From Octopus vulgaris (lineage: Eukaryota): DNA of 64,000 nucleotides. Below, in pieces: positions 39,541-52,850 of this stretch (the stretch's first letter is position 1; every line of letters starts with the position of its first letter). The stretch spans positions 18,786,001 to 18,850,000 of the forward strand of contig OX597823.1 in the NCBI GenBank assembly GCA_951406725.2. The letters are read 5' to 3'. The translations under genes and the position numbers were made by a program. Under the pieces are notes generated by a model. It saw only the letters and a program-made list of their open reading frames with translations. It had not been told where the DNA came from and did not search any database.

Positions 39541-40124
39541 GTGTGAGCGGGGTGTGATGTAATAGCAGTGACGTGAAACAGTAAGTTAATGGCTCTGAAA
39601 CACAACAGATCAGAGTTAGTGTGTAGAGTATGACATTCTAAAGTGTCTGCCGAGCTTGAAATATTTCTCACTGTTCCTCACTGACCTTATTTCATTGACT
39701 GTTGATGATAAAACAATGCTGCGTTCCGACAGCGAATGAATGAATGGCCGCGCAAAGTGTCGTCTGCTATTATAATGGACACTTACTCCTCCCAGCAGAC
39801 GACATCAACTGACAGATAAGCAAATTCAGCAAATATGGCCAGGTGATGATGTTTTCCAATAATTCTGCCAATATTTGAGATCGTTATAGTATAATCATGT
39901 TAGTAGTAGACAACGTGTATTCAATGTTGCCGTTCTGTTACGATTGCTGAGACGTTTATTCTGTTGCTGGTGTTGTTTTTGTTGTTGTTTGTTGCCGTTA
40001 AATTTACAACTGTTGTGATAATTATTGTCAAAGTTGTTACTGTTATGCCCGCTGTTGTGATGTTTGTGTTTCGATTATTGTTGTTGTAGTTGCTACGTCG
40101 CTCTTCTTGCTATACTATAGGGTT

Positions 40125-40499
40125 GGAGGCGCAATGGCCCAGTGGTTAGGGCAGCGGACTCGCGGTCGTAGGATCGCGGTTTCGATTCCCAGACCGGGCG
40201 TTGTGAGTGTTTATTGAGCGAAAACACCTAAAGCTCCACCAGGCTCCGGCAGGGATGGTGGTGATCCCTGCTGTACTCTTTCACCACAACTTACTTCCTG
40301 TTTCTGTTGTACCTGTATTTCAAAGGGCCGGCCTTGTTACTCTCTGTGTCACGCTGAATATCCCCGAGAACAACGTTAAGGGTACACGTGTCTGTGGAGT
40401 GCTCAGCCACTTACACGTTAATTTCACGAGCAGGCTGTTCCGTTGATCGGATCAACCGGAACCCTCGTCGTCGTAACCGACGGAGTGCTTCCAACCAAG
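40125..40499 (+). mobile_element. tRNA-derived SINE, distinct head with family C tail
   Basis: GGCGCAATGGCCCAGTGGTTAGG A-box, GGTTTCGATTCC B-box. 10-bp TSD CTATAGGGTT at 40115-40124 and 40500-40509. Confidence 0.9.
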
Positions 40500-40726
40500 C
40501 TATAGGGTTATTTCTATAGTTGTCAGTGGTTAGGGCAGCGGACTTGCGGTCATAGGAACGCGGTTTCGATTCCCAGACCGGACATTGTGTCTCGGAGGGT
40601 AACTTTCTGAGTGCAATACCATGGTCAGTCATGACTCCGGCAGGGGTGGTGGTGAATAGTTGTTAGTGTTTGGAATTGTTGTCATGAATTAGTTCTTTGC
40701 GCCTTGATGTTATTGTTTTAGCTGTC

Positions 40727-41130
40727 GAAGGTAGCGTAATGGCAGAATCATTAGAGCGTCAGAAAAATGCTTTGCGCTATTTCTTTCCTATCTTTTCGTT
40801 CTAAGTTCAAGTTCCGACGAGATCGACTTTGACTTTTATCCTTTCTGGTCGATAAAGTAAGTACCAGTTGAGCACTGGAGTCAATGTAATACAGTTACCC
40901 GCTTCCCTAAAACTGTTAGCCTTGAGCCAAAATTTTAAACCAATGTTGTGATTGTCGAAGGCGGCGTGTTGGTAGACTCGTTAGAGTCTTCTTTATGTTC
41001 GGGGTTCAAATCTCGCCGAGGTCAAATTCACCTTTCATCCCTTTTGATTCAATGAAATAAAATACCAGTCAAGTACCGGGGTCGATAGTATCGAATTATC
41101 CCCTCCTCTCAAAATGGCTAGCCTTGTGAA
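40727..41130 (+). mobile_element. Two diverged SINE family B copies
   Basis: Degenerate family B cores at ~40800-40870 and ~41000-41075. Confidence 0.65.
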
Positions 41131-42079
41131 ACAACTAAAAGCAGTTGTTATTGTTGTCGTTATGGCTAAGGGCGTATTTGTTGTGGTTGTTGTTATGGTT
41201 ATTGACGAAATATAAACTGCCGATAGTTGTTGTTGACAAACAACGGCAGTAATTTTATTCAGCTGAATACACGTCATTGACTGGTTGAAACTACCGAAAT
41301 ACGACAAGTTTAACAAGAAATAACTTCCAAAATACAGAATTTTCTCAACAACGCCAAGAGTAAAAGATGTTTTATGTGACACATTCTACCAGGATACGAA
41401 GTTTGAAAGTGTTTAGTTACAAAAAAATTTTTTTTAATCTGTCTATCAAAATATAAATAAGTTTCAAGATCAAGTCCTGAGACTGGAGAGAGCGATAAAA
41501 GCCGCTAAACTGACTTGTAGATGCAATGTAGAAAGCAAAATCTTCAGGTTTGCCCATTGACTCACCCTACCAGTCAAGTACCGGGGTCGATAGTATCGAA
41601 TTATCCCCTCCTCTCAAAATGGCTAGCCTTGTGAAACAACTAAAAGCAGTTGTTATTGTTGTCGTTATGGCTAAGGGCGTATTTGTTGTGGTTGTTGTTA
41701 TGGTTATTGACGAAATATAAACTGCCGATAGTTGTTGTTGACAAACAACGGCAGTAATTTTATTCAGCTGAATACACGTCATTGACTGGTTGAAACTACC
41801 GAAATACGACAACTTTAACAAGAAATAACTTCCAAAATACAGAATTTTCTCAACAACGCCAAGAGTAAAAGATGTTTTATGTGACACATTCTACCAGTAT
41901 ACGAAGTTTTGAAAGTGTTTAGTTACAAAAAATTATTTTTTAAATCTGTCTATCAAAATATAAATATCTAAAGTTTCAAGATCAAGTCCTGATACTGGAG
42001 AGAGCGATAAAAGCCGCTAAATTGACTTGTAGATGCAATGTAGAAAGCAAAATCTTCAGGTTTGCCCATTGACTCACCC
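41063..42079 (+). repeat. ~505 bp direct tandem duplication
   Basis: 41063-41567 and 41568-42079 are nearly identical. The ORF track shows twin translations. Confidence 0.95.
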
Positions 42080-42290
42080 TAATAATTATCTTATTAAGTT
42101 AGAAGTATTTTAGATTCCTTCAATGTTAAGCATGGCATAAGTTACAGATATTAGAGATTATAAGTAATATTTTGAAAGAGAAATAAACAATGAGGCAACT
42201 AATAAAACTCAAGTCATGTAGATATCGTTTGGTGGGTGTTATCCACATATTGTATAAACTGTCGTTCCATCTTTCCAAATATATAAACTA

Positions 42291-42691
42291 CTAGCAGTAT
42301 CGTCCGGCGTTGCTCGGGTTTGTAAGGGAAATAACTATATAAGCATTTTTAGAGATGTAAAGTATAATAGCTATCTCAATATGGCTAACCACAAAGGGTG
42401 GGGGTGTTACTGTAGCTTTTTACGTTCTGAGATTTAATAATAAATTTTTAGAGAGTTACTTCCCTTATATATGCCAAAAATGCATTAAAAATGGGAAAAA
42501 TTGATGGTAATTTTTTCTTTTAATCGTAGACTCATCGTAGACGCGCGCTAGCACCCAGAAGGGCTCGATATGAATCACGACTATAAGATACCCGGTTTTG
42601 GTTAAACTGCACCGCAAAATGTGGGAGTAGTTAGGAATCTAAATCGTAGGAGACAGACAGCACACAACCTCACTTTTATATATAAAGAAGA
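42291..42691 (-). mobile_element. Non-autonomous Helitron, subtype 1
   Basis: Same termini, hairpin and A|T insertion as the other copies. Confidence 0.85.
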
Positions 42692-43025
42692 TATATTGTT
42701 TCTACTGATTTAACTGTACTGTATTATCTTCACAAGATAATTCATCAGTCACTTAAACACTATCAGGATAGGTTATTCTCCTATTTAATATAGAACAATA
42801 TCCTACTTTTGCTTTATGTCTGTTAATGGAAATAACTCCAAAAATCAAAATTACCAATTTGTCGATAAAATTTTAACAAGCAACAGATTGATATATAGGC
42901 CCGAACATACCTGTGATGTTGCCATTTTCTGTCTTCGACTGTTTTCAAAATCGTAACTGTTAACATGTAATGCACAGATTTTTATTATTACGGATTTTCG
43001 TACGAAACAATTTGTGGTATTTAAA

Positions 43026-43118
43026 CGCAGGAATGGCTGTGTGGTAAGTAGCTTGCTTACCAACCACATGGTTCCGGGTCAAATGACTGAAACAAGTAAA
43101 AGAGTAAAGAGTAAGAGA
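43026..43118 (+). mobile_element. Internally deleted SINE family A (head joined to tail)
   Basis: ...CATGGTTCCGGGTC|AAATGACTGAAACAAGTAAAAGAG. Confidence 0.8.
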
Positions 43119-43329
43119 GTTGCATTTATATTCTGGGTTGAAAGTCAGCCAAAATGGACTTTGCGATTCATTCTACCGAGACCGATAAAATAAAGCACCA
43201 TTCAAGTACTGAAGTCAAGTTGTTTTTTTGTTTGCTTTTTTTGCTTTGATTGTGCATGTTTTATAATCTTTCGTCGTTTTCTTTTAATAACAATCCACCT
43301 AATTCTGTTTTTACATTCTCTCGACTTTC

Positions 43330-44220
43330 TGTAACTCAGACTGTCTCATGGTCCCGGCAGACAAAATGGAGGACGGCGAGGGATATGCGCTTGAACGGAC
43401 ATTCTGACTCACAGGGTTTGCACTTATGGATAGCCACCTCCGCCCTAATAACGGTGTGCAAGGAGATGGTTCGAGGACCGCGAACGCCAGAGGTTTCCAT
43501 AAACCTGTCGGAGAGCTTTCGATACGTTGACAATCTGCTTTCTCGGTTTGACCAGCAGTGGAGCTTGGGATGGTCGCTGAACGTACCAAGTTGTCTCTGG
43601 AAAAGGCGTCACAACATGTGACATCCCACATAAGGTGGCCACAGCAACGGAACGAGTTAATTGTCATACCTATTTCTTTACTACCCACAAGGGACTAAAC
43701 ATAGAGAGGACAAACAAGGACAGACACACGGATTGAGTCGATTATATCAACCCCAGTGCGTAACTGGTACTTATTTAATCGACCCCGAAAGGATGAAAGG
43801 CAAATAGACCTCGGCGGAATTTGAACTCAGAACGTAGCGGCAGACGAAATACTGCTAAGCATTTCGCCCGGTGTGCTAACGTTTCTGCCAGCTCACCGCC
43901 TTCGCAACGGGTTAATTGTCATACCGTCAGACTTTTTAGCATCCTTTTGATGTATCCCCGCTGGTTTGAGTTGGGAAAAGAAGCCTGCGGCGTCTATGCC
44001 ATACATTATGATTTCGTTAAGGGCGACTTGGCGTGGAGGGCAGCCAGCACTATGAAAATGAGTGGAGGACGAGAAGAATCCATTGTGGATCTGCAGCGAC
44101 AAACCACACTCCTTTCCTCCAAGAGTGTCAGTGATCTTCTTCCTCTAAGACATAAGGAATGCAGATTATTATACTGCTTGTCACGATATTCTTCAACTCG
44201 AGTGTTACGCTCCAAACACC
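43330..44220 (-). pseudogene. Highly degraded RTE-clade LINE 3' region, interrupted by a SINE
   Basis: Peptide remnants LHSLCLR and HKCKPCESECPFKRISL resemble the RTE C-terminus and terminal zinc finger. Confidence 0.4.
43671..43902 (-). mobile_element. SINE family B with TSD
   Basis: Flanked by AACG(A/G)GTTAATTGTCATACC at 43651-43670 and 43906-43925. Confidence 0.9.
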
Positions 44221-44487
44221 CTTAAAGATAAAACAAAATCGAACGCAAAATTAAAACCAAGGAAACTACGTATGAGAGATCCGTAAATTTATGCACCAAA
44301 ATAGAAATAAGAATATTTAATAAAAATGAAATTTTTACAGATATTATTATCGCTTCGTTTCTCAATCATCATTATCTTTTCTTCCTTAAAGTTTTCTTCT
44401 TCCTTCCTTTTTTCTTTCTTTCTTTCTTTCTTTTTTCATCGTATATATCTATATGTACGTATGTGTGCCATTACAAATATATCTAAT

Positions 44488-44555
<68 letters not shown>

Positions 44556-44572
44556 ACTCACTATATATATAT

Positions 44573-44629
<57 letters not shown>

Positions 44630-44805
44630 TAGTTATATACATACATGCATACATACATACATATATACGTGCATACATATGTATTAACATATATGCATGC
44701 ATATATAAACACATACACACACTCATATATAATATATATATAGAGAGAGAGAATAAGAGTGGGTAGGAGATTGAACTGACATACAGATATTGTGTATTGC
44801 GAATA

Positions 44806-44865
<60 letters not shown>

Positions 44866-45228
44866 GCATATGCATGTATGTATGTGCATAATAGTGTAGC
44901 TGTATGAATTTATAAAATCGGATACCTTTCGTACACTAATCGCATAATTTAGGCATATACATACATCTCGAATACTTGCAACAACGTATCTACTCTTAAA
45001 TTTAGACCGACAAATACAATTTTTAACGACGAAGACTAACACCTCCTCCCGGATCCTGGATTCCTTTCAATCAATCTATTTGTCTGTCTATCTATCTGTC
45101 CGTCTGTCTATTTAACTGTCTATCTGTGTTTCTCTCTCTCTCTCTTTCTCTCTCTATCTCTCTATATCTGTCTGTGTGTGCTGTCTTACTGTCTGTGTCT
45201 CTTCTCTAATATACATCCATATACATAC

Positions 45229-45260
<32 letters not shown>

Positions 45261-45352
45261 TCAGAGTATATCTTCCCGTTAATTGGTGAGATTAACAAAG
45301 AAACTATTCCATCCAGTGAGAGATAAATATCATTTAATGTACACAAGACATA

Positions 45353-45538
45353 AAATTGAGCCACTCTAAATTTCATGTTAGGATAGTAAGAAAGTCGAGC
45401 GGGCTTGTATAGTGTACTATGTCCAATCGTCCAATCTTTCAGGCTTAAAGATCATCTGAACAGTTGTCCGATAATATACAACATGTTGTACAAGCTCGTC
45501 TGACTATCGTAAGCATGAAACTTAGAGTGGCTCAATTT
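45353..45538. mobile_element. MITE-like fold-back element
   Basis: AAATTGAGCCACTCTAA.TTTCATG... and ...CATGAAA.TTAGAGTGGCTCAATTT form ~50-60 bp imperfect terminal inverted repeats. Confidence 0.65.
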
Positions 45539-45654
45539 CAAATCCGGTGCATATTAAATATAAGTGTACGTACAGAGAGCTCAAGAGACTGAAAGATGGA
45601 GAAGTGGAGTACAGGGTGAGTCGTGAAGTCACTTTCTCGTAAAGGGGGTTTGTC

Positions 45655-45861
45655 AATAATTCTTTCTACTAAAAGCACAAGGCCTGACATTTTGGAAGAG
45701 GTGATTAGTTGAGTACTTCGACCCCAGTGTTTCACTAGTACTTAATTCATCGACTCTGAAAGGATGAAAGGCAAAGTCGACCTCGGTGGAATTTGAACTC
45801 AGAACATAGCGGTGAGCGAAATAGCGCTAAGTATTTCGTTCAGCGTGCTAACGAGTCTGCC
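45655..45861 (-). mobile_element. SINE family B variant
   Basis: Family B core with the alternative 3' end. Confidence 0.75.
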
Positions 45862-45875
45862 ACACACGCACACAC

Positions 45876-45984
<109 letters not shown>

Positions 45985-45992
45985 TACATACG

Positions 45993-46381
45993 TGCAGGAG
46001 TGGCTGTGTTGTAAGTAGCTTGCTTACCAGCCACATGGTTCTGGGTTCATTCCCACTGCGTGGCATCTTGAGCAAGTGTCTTCTACTATAGCCTCGGGCC
46101 GACCAAAGCCTTGTGAGTGGATTTGGTAGATGGAAACTGAAAGAAGCCCGTCGTATATATGTATGTGTGTGCGTGCATGTTTGTGTATCTGCGTTTATCG
46201 CTTGACAACCGATGCTGGTTTGTTTACGTCCTCGTCACTTAGCAGTTTGGCAAAGAGGCCGATAGAATAAGTACTAGGCTTACAAAGATTAAGTCCTGGG
46301 TTCGATTTGGTCGTCTAAAGGCGGTGCTCCAGCATGGCCGCAGTCAAGTGACTGAAAACAAGTAAAAGAGTAAAAGAGAGT
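45993..46381 (+). mobile_element. SINE family A
   Basis: Head-to-tail match. Confidence 0.85.
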
Positions 46382-46388
46382 ATAGATA

Positions 46389-46467
<79 letters not shown>

Positions 46468-46468
46468 C

Positions 46469-46553
<85 letters not shown>

Positions 46554-46996
46554 CATACATATATGTAAGCCTGCGTATGTATATGTGTGTGTTTTTTTGG
46601 GGTGGGGATTGGGTATTTATGAGCGTGTGCATACATACACACACATATAGCTGTCTGAAAACCACAGATATGTTTGCGTATTACACAGACATACAGACGA
46701 TGAAGAACGGAAAGACAGAGCAGGATGGAACTGAACAAGACACAAGATAATGATGTTGGGTGCTGAAGCGATAATAATAACGAGACCTGGGAAAATTGCA
46801 CTTTTCTATGGCTTTCTTATTTATATTTTGATGCATAAATTTATAATATTACTTCATTATGTTAATGATTTCGATTATGTTATCGATTTCATTATAATCC
46901 AGATAAAACCATCAAAACCAGCAAAGAGTACCTCGTTTAAGAAAGTGGAACCATTGACGAACTGTTCTGTAATCAGTTGTGCAGTCAGACACGCTC

Positions 46997-47079
<83 letters not shown>

Positions 47080-47104
47080 CGTGTGTGTATGTGATCTATA
47101 TATT

Positions 47105-47372
47105 CTTTTATCGTTTTGCTTTTTTTCAGTCATTGAACTGCGGCCATGCTGGAGCACCCCCTCAAAGAGTTTTTTAGTCGGAGAAATCGAACCCAGGACT
47201 TACTCTTCGCAATCCTAGCACTTATTCTATCGGGAGGTTTTTTTTGCCGAACCGCTGAGTTACGGGGACGTAAGGACACAAACATCGGTTGTCAAGCGAT
47301 GGTGAGGGTGGCGGGACAAACAGACACACGGAACACACACACAAATATATAGACACATACACACACACACAC

Positions 47373-47408
<36 letters not shown>

Positions 47409-47528
47409 GATAGGCTTCTTTCAGTTTCCGTCTACGAAATCCACTCACAAGGTTTTGGTCGGCCCAAGGCTATAGTAGAAGACACTTGCCCGAGGTGCCA
47501 CGCAGATGGACTGAATCCGGAACCATGT
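47105..47528 (-). mobile_element. SINE family A, 5' end missing
   Basis: Match to family A. Confidence 0.8.
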
Positions 47529-47849
47529 CGATATATATATATATATATATACATATAAGATAGGTTCTCTTTCTTTCCTGATGAGAAGATTGCATTTTAC
47601 ACCGTTTATTCCGTTGGAATAAAACCAATGTTGTCTTCGAAACATATGTCGAAACTAAAAGAATTTGAATAGCATCTGCGTTTAACTCCATCTATTTACT
47701 TATACTATACAAATTACTGCACATTAACCCGGAGTTACTACCTTTTAATAGGTCGCTACATCCTTGTTACTTGCGTGAATTTTGCTACCCTGGTAACTGT
47801 TTATTGAATTTTCCATGTTAACGGCAAACAAAGGATAATTCATTCATCC

Positions 47850-47904
<55 letters not shown>

Positions 47905-47908
<4 letters not shown>

Positions 47909-49072
47909 GTTGTCCGGAAAGTTCGTGCCGATTTTTAAAGGAAAGGAAAAGGCAAAGAATACATCAAGGTATCTTTTTACGTCATCCAAGGAATTGAAAT
48001 TTTTACCATTAAGACTATTCTGCAGAGACCTGAATAAATGGAAATTCGAAGGAGCAACATCTGGTGAATATGGAGGGTGGGGTAACACATCCCAGCCGAG
48101 CTGCAGCAATTTTTGTCTGGTTCCCAAAGAAACGTGCGGTTTTGCATTATCCTGTTGGAAAACAACACCCTTCCTGTTGGCCAATTCTGGACGTTCTCTT
48201 GAATTGCTGCTTTTAACTCATCCAGTTGTGTGCAGTATTTCTCATAATTAATTGTCTGGTTACTTGAGAGAAGATCATAGTACAGAATTCCTTTCCAATC
48301 CCACCAGTCACAAAGCAAGATTTTTAGGGTAAAGACCCGCTTTTGGGGTGGTTAAGGGTGGCTCATGTCGCTTACTCCAGGATCGCTTTCTCTGAACATT
48401 TCGGCAGATAATCCATTTCTCATTACCTGTCACAATTTGCTTTAAAAAAGGCGCGCTTTCATTCCGTTTATGAAGCGAATCACTGATTGAAATGTGATCC
48501 AAAAGGTTCTTCTCACTCAACTCATGTGGTACCCAAACATCGTAGCGATTTGTGTACCCAAGCTTTACCAGGTGCTCATGAACGACAGATTCTGATAGGT
48601 TGAGGCTTTCTGCCAATTCTCGGGTTGTGCAATGTGGGTTATTCTCAATTAATGACTTGATTTGGTCATCATCTGTAGTGGTTGGTCTGTCTGATCGCTC
48701 TTTGTCAATAAGGCTACAATCTCCAGCTCGGAACCTTGCGAACCACTTCCGTACAGTTCTTTCGGATAAAGAAACATCACCGTAGACTGCGCATATTTCT
48801 TTGGTTACTTGTGAGGCAATTTTCCCTTTACGGAAAAAGAAAAGCATCAAGTGCCGAAAATGAACTTTCTTATCTTCCATTTTAAAGGGTTACAGAATTA
48901 ACACAGGTTATAGGAACGTAAACCTTCTTCCTCGAAAAGATAGCTTAAACTGTACTCAAAATGGAGGTGTAGTCAAATCCTATTTTATGGACTCAACCAT
49001 GTTCTAAAATAGTAGCTTACATTCTAAAATGTAAGCTACTATAAATCGGCACGAACTTTCCGTACAGCCCAA
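47905..49072 (-). mobile_element. mariner DNA transposon (mellifera-subfamily-like), defective
   Basis: 30-bp TIRs TTGGG(T/C)TGT(C/A)CGGAAAGTTCGTGCCGATTT with TA on both flanks. Transposase motifs WVPHEL and HPPYSPDVAPS. Confidence 0.93.
47950..48880 (-). pseudogene. mariner transposase pseudogene
   Basis: MEDKKVHFRHLMLFFFRKGK...WVPHEL...TGNEKW / WWDWKGILYY / QQDNAKPH...YSPDVAPSNFHLF. Two frameshifts, first and third catalytic D changed to N, C-terminus truncated. Confidence 0.9.
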
Positions 49073-49090
49073 TATATATATATTTATATA

Positions 49091-49489
49091 CTAGCAGTAT
49101 CGCCCGGCGTTGCTCGAGTTTGTAAGGGAAATAACTATATAAGCATTTTTAGAGAGTTATAGCAAAAAAATAGCACAAAAATGCATTAAAAATGGGAAAA
49201 AAAATGATGGTAATTTTTTTTTAAATCGTTGACTCATCGTAGACATTTTTAGAGAGTTACTTCCCTTATATAATAGCGAAAAAAATCCATTAAAATGGAA
49301 AAAAATGATGGTAAATTTTTTTTTAAATCTTAGACTCATCGTAGACGCGCGCTAATACCCAGAAAGGCTCGATATGAATCACGACTATAAGATACCCGGT
49401 TTTGGTTAAACTGCACCGCAAAATGTGGGAGTAGTTAGGAATCTAAATCGTAGGAGACGGACACACAACCTTACTTTTATATATAAAGA
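49091..49489 (-). mobile_element. Non-autonomous Helitron, subtype 2
   Basis: Termini as above. Internal tandem duplication shared with 25089-25477. Confidence 0.88.
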
Positions 49490-50051
49490 TTTGCACTTTA
49501 TGCTTGTGGCTCCGATGAAGCTATGAGGTGTTACTTCGAAATGCTAAAATCATATACGTAAATATATATAGGGTAGCGAATATTTGTAGAAAATTCACCA
49601 CCAGTGGACTAGCATGTATAAAAAGTCAATAAGCAACATATTCTCAATATAATATAATGTACATTTCAACACAAGAGAAATTACCTATAACAGGTAATTT
49701 TACACGCTAGAAGAAGTAGCCAAAACGACCAAAACCACATTTAAGAGCAATTTTCGAAGGGAATGAAAAATAATGTATTTTAACATATATATATATATAT
49801 AAATAAATATATAGATATAGATATAGGTATAGACATATATACACACACACATGTATATATATCAGCAATTACACACTCCACACGCCACACACACACACAC
49901 ACACACACATACGCACACATACAAATACACACTCAAATACATCTTTGCACCGTTGAATTGGACAATTTCCTCCACATTTCCTCAACGATATCGACTAAAT
50001 CTTCAAGCTTAGATACATCGATTGAAATTTAACAGTCACAATAAACCATAT

Positions 50052-50105
<54 letters not shown>

Positions 50106-50805
50106 TGTGTGTATGTACGTATGTATATATAAACTCAACTCCCAAATAGAGATCAAAGAAAAAAGAAAGTAGCAAACGATATAAAATGACATTATTCAAA
50201 GAAAATGTTTTGGATCAAATATCTGTAATTACAGTGGAAAAAGAAGATATTGTATTTGCAAAAAAAAAAAAAAAGAAAACAGAAAGAAAGAGAAAAAATG
50301 ATAAAGAAATTTTCAGCTCGAAATATTTGTTTCGTATTTTTCAAGTAAGATTTCATTATCTGTAGATGGATATTCGGTGAGAAAAAGATGTCGTTTGGAG
50401 ATTTTTGTGTCGTTTTTTTAATTTTTTTTTTTTATATATATCTTCGCTTGAGGGTGGGGTGGGGGTTGGGGGTGGAGCTAGTTTTGTTTCTGTTGTTTTT
50501 CTTTTCATTGGGTCTCGGAAAGTTGTGAATGTTGTTATGGATACAGATGTCCTTCGAGAGATTGCGGTTTTGATTTAATTACATTATTTATACTTTTATT
50601 TATTTATTCTTATTTATTTATCCGTTTTATTTTATATATTTAACCATTGTGTTTATTTATTTTTTTTGTCTTATATTGCTTTACATAATTTTTTTTTTCA
50701 TGTAAAGAGATGAAATGTCTATTTTTTTGTTGATCTATTGCTTTTGTTGTTGCTGTTGTTACTATTAATGCCACTATTGTCGCTGGTGTCGGTGGTACTG
50801 ATGAT

Positions 50806-50838
<33 letters not shown>

Positions 50839-51321
50839 TTTTTTGTTTTTGTTGTTGTTTTTTTCTTCTTAGAAACGTCTTTCTCGTCATCGTTCCACAA
50901 GTCTTAGAGATTACCAGTTATTCAAAATAGCTTCTATTATCCTATTGCCACGGATTCAGTTTTACTATCGAAAACAGCACAAATCTTTTCTTATTTTTTT
51001 TTTTTGCTTTCAGGGTATGATTTTTTTTTTTTGCTATTTTTTATGAGAGATTCTTCTAAAAAAATACGTTATTTGAAAAGTCTTTTAACCTTTATGTTGT
51101 CAATGTTTGTTTTTTATGTTTCTTGAAACGAATCTGTCATTTTTTTTTGTCATTTATGGCTGTGTGGTTAAGACGTTTGCTTTGCAATCATGTGGTTTCA
51201 GATTCAGTCCCACAGCGCGGCACCTTGGGCAAGTGTCTCCTACAACAGCCCCTGAGCAACCAATGCATTGTAAGCGAATTTGTTAAGTAGTACACAGAAA
51301 TTGTCTCGACGAAGATATATA

Positions 51322-51524
51322 CAGTAACCCCGCGCCATATCGCGGTTTATTGTTTAAGCTCACGTCGATTCCTCCGTGATGCTGTTTTGCATTTATAATA
51401 AAATAAATATATACAAATTATAAAAATAATTTAAAAAGTATACAGTACTGTTTCTACTTCGCGGATATTCACCTACTGCGGGTTGGGGTGGAACGTAACA
51501 ACCGTGATAGTCGAGGGAGTACTG
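51322..51524. mobile_element. Tigger/pogo-like MITE
   Basis: TA|CAGTAACCCCGCGCCATATCGCGGTT ... AACCGTGATAGTCGAGGGAGTACTG imperfect TIRs. Confidence 0.7.
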
Positions 51525-51669
51525 TTTAGTTATTGTAGTCACTCGCAAGCGAATATGATTTGGTAATATATAATATGTATCATTCTATCACCAAGTGTTT
51601 TAGACATCTGTGTGGTCGCGAGCATATATATATATATATATACAAATATTCAAATTTGAATTTATATGG

Positions 51670-51794
<125 letters not shown>

Positions 51795-51807
51795 TCTATA
51801 TAATTCT

Positions 51808-52033
51808 GCGAGCTGGAAGAAACGTTAGCACCACGGGCGAAATGCGTAGCCATATTTCGTCTGCCGTTACGTTCTGAGTTCAAATTCCGCCGAGGTCGAC
51901 TTTGCCTTTCATCCTTTCGGGGTCGATAAATTAAGTACCAGTTGCGCACTGGGGTCGATGTAATCGACTTGATCCCTTTGTCTGTCCTTGTTTGTTCCTT
52001 CTATGTTTAGACCCTTGTGGGCAATAAAGAAAA
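51808..52033 (+). mobile_element. SINE family B
   Basis: Head-to-tail match. Confidence 0.88.
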
Positions 52034-52266
52034 ATATTATTATTATGAATATTGTTATTATTATTATTATTATTATTATCATCATCAGCACTATCTGCGG
52101 TAAATATAAATAATTGATAATAATAGCAAAAATGATGTATGTGGTTACAGACATTAAATAGCGTTAGATAGCTATATTTTTAGATAGGTGTATTTTACAA
52201 TGTTATTGGTGGTTTACTGGAGTTGTAACTCCTATTTCTAGCGGGTAGGCGCTTCGTGTGCTCTTT

Positions 52267-52310
<44 letters not shown>

Positions 52311-52681
52311 CACAGTATGTCTGTGTATAATGACTAACATACATTTCCACAATTCTCCATCGATTTTCACCAAACTTTACACACACATTACTTATATCCC
52401 AAGAATGGTCATGCACTATAACATTTTGTCCAGAGCTCACGCCTAAATGGATGTAAATGGACATAGTTTTTTGTATGTAGGGTCTTCCATACTTTTTAGA
52501 TCTTTTTATAAAAGTGAAAGGATTTTGTCTATTTATTTCTACTGTCCACCTACCACGTTCATTAAATTGACTAAGAACACTGTACACGATGAATATCCAA
52601 TACCAAACAATATTAATCTCCATAATTACACATTCATAATTCTCCATTTTCTTTCATTATACATATATATATATATATATA

Positions 52682-52803
52682 TGGCCTGCTCGCTTAGCCA
52701 GCGGGGTGGCATCATTTGAAGACGAAAACAATGCAAATCGCATTGTGACCAGCGATGTGTAGCAATATCTGATAGCCTGGTCGGTTACGGTGATCACGGT
52801 GAT
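52682..52803 (+). mobile_element. Short retroposon 3' end in (TA)n, second copy
   Basis: Matches 11971-12093. TA repeats on both sides. Confidence 0.7.
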
Positions 52804-52850
52804 ATATATATATACACATATATATTCATTACGGTTTCTACAAGATTGAC

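Noticed and set aside
47950-48880. Host SETMAR-like gene
   Set aside because: No SET domain; the sequence is frameshifted and bounded by TIRs and TA, so it is a dead transposon.
52305-52650. Possible second Helitron family 5' end
   Set aside because: The motif resemblance is vague, and no 3' hairpin/CTAG or second copy was found.
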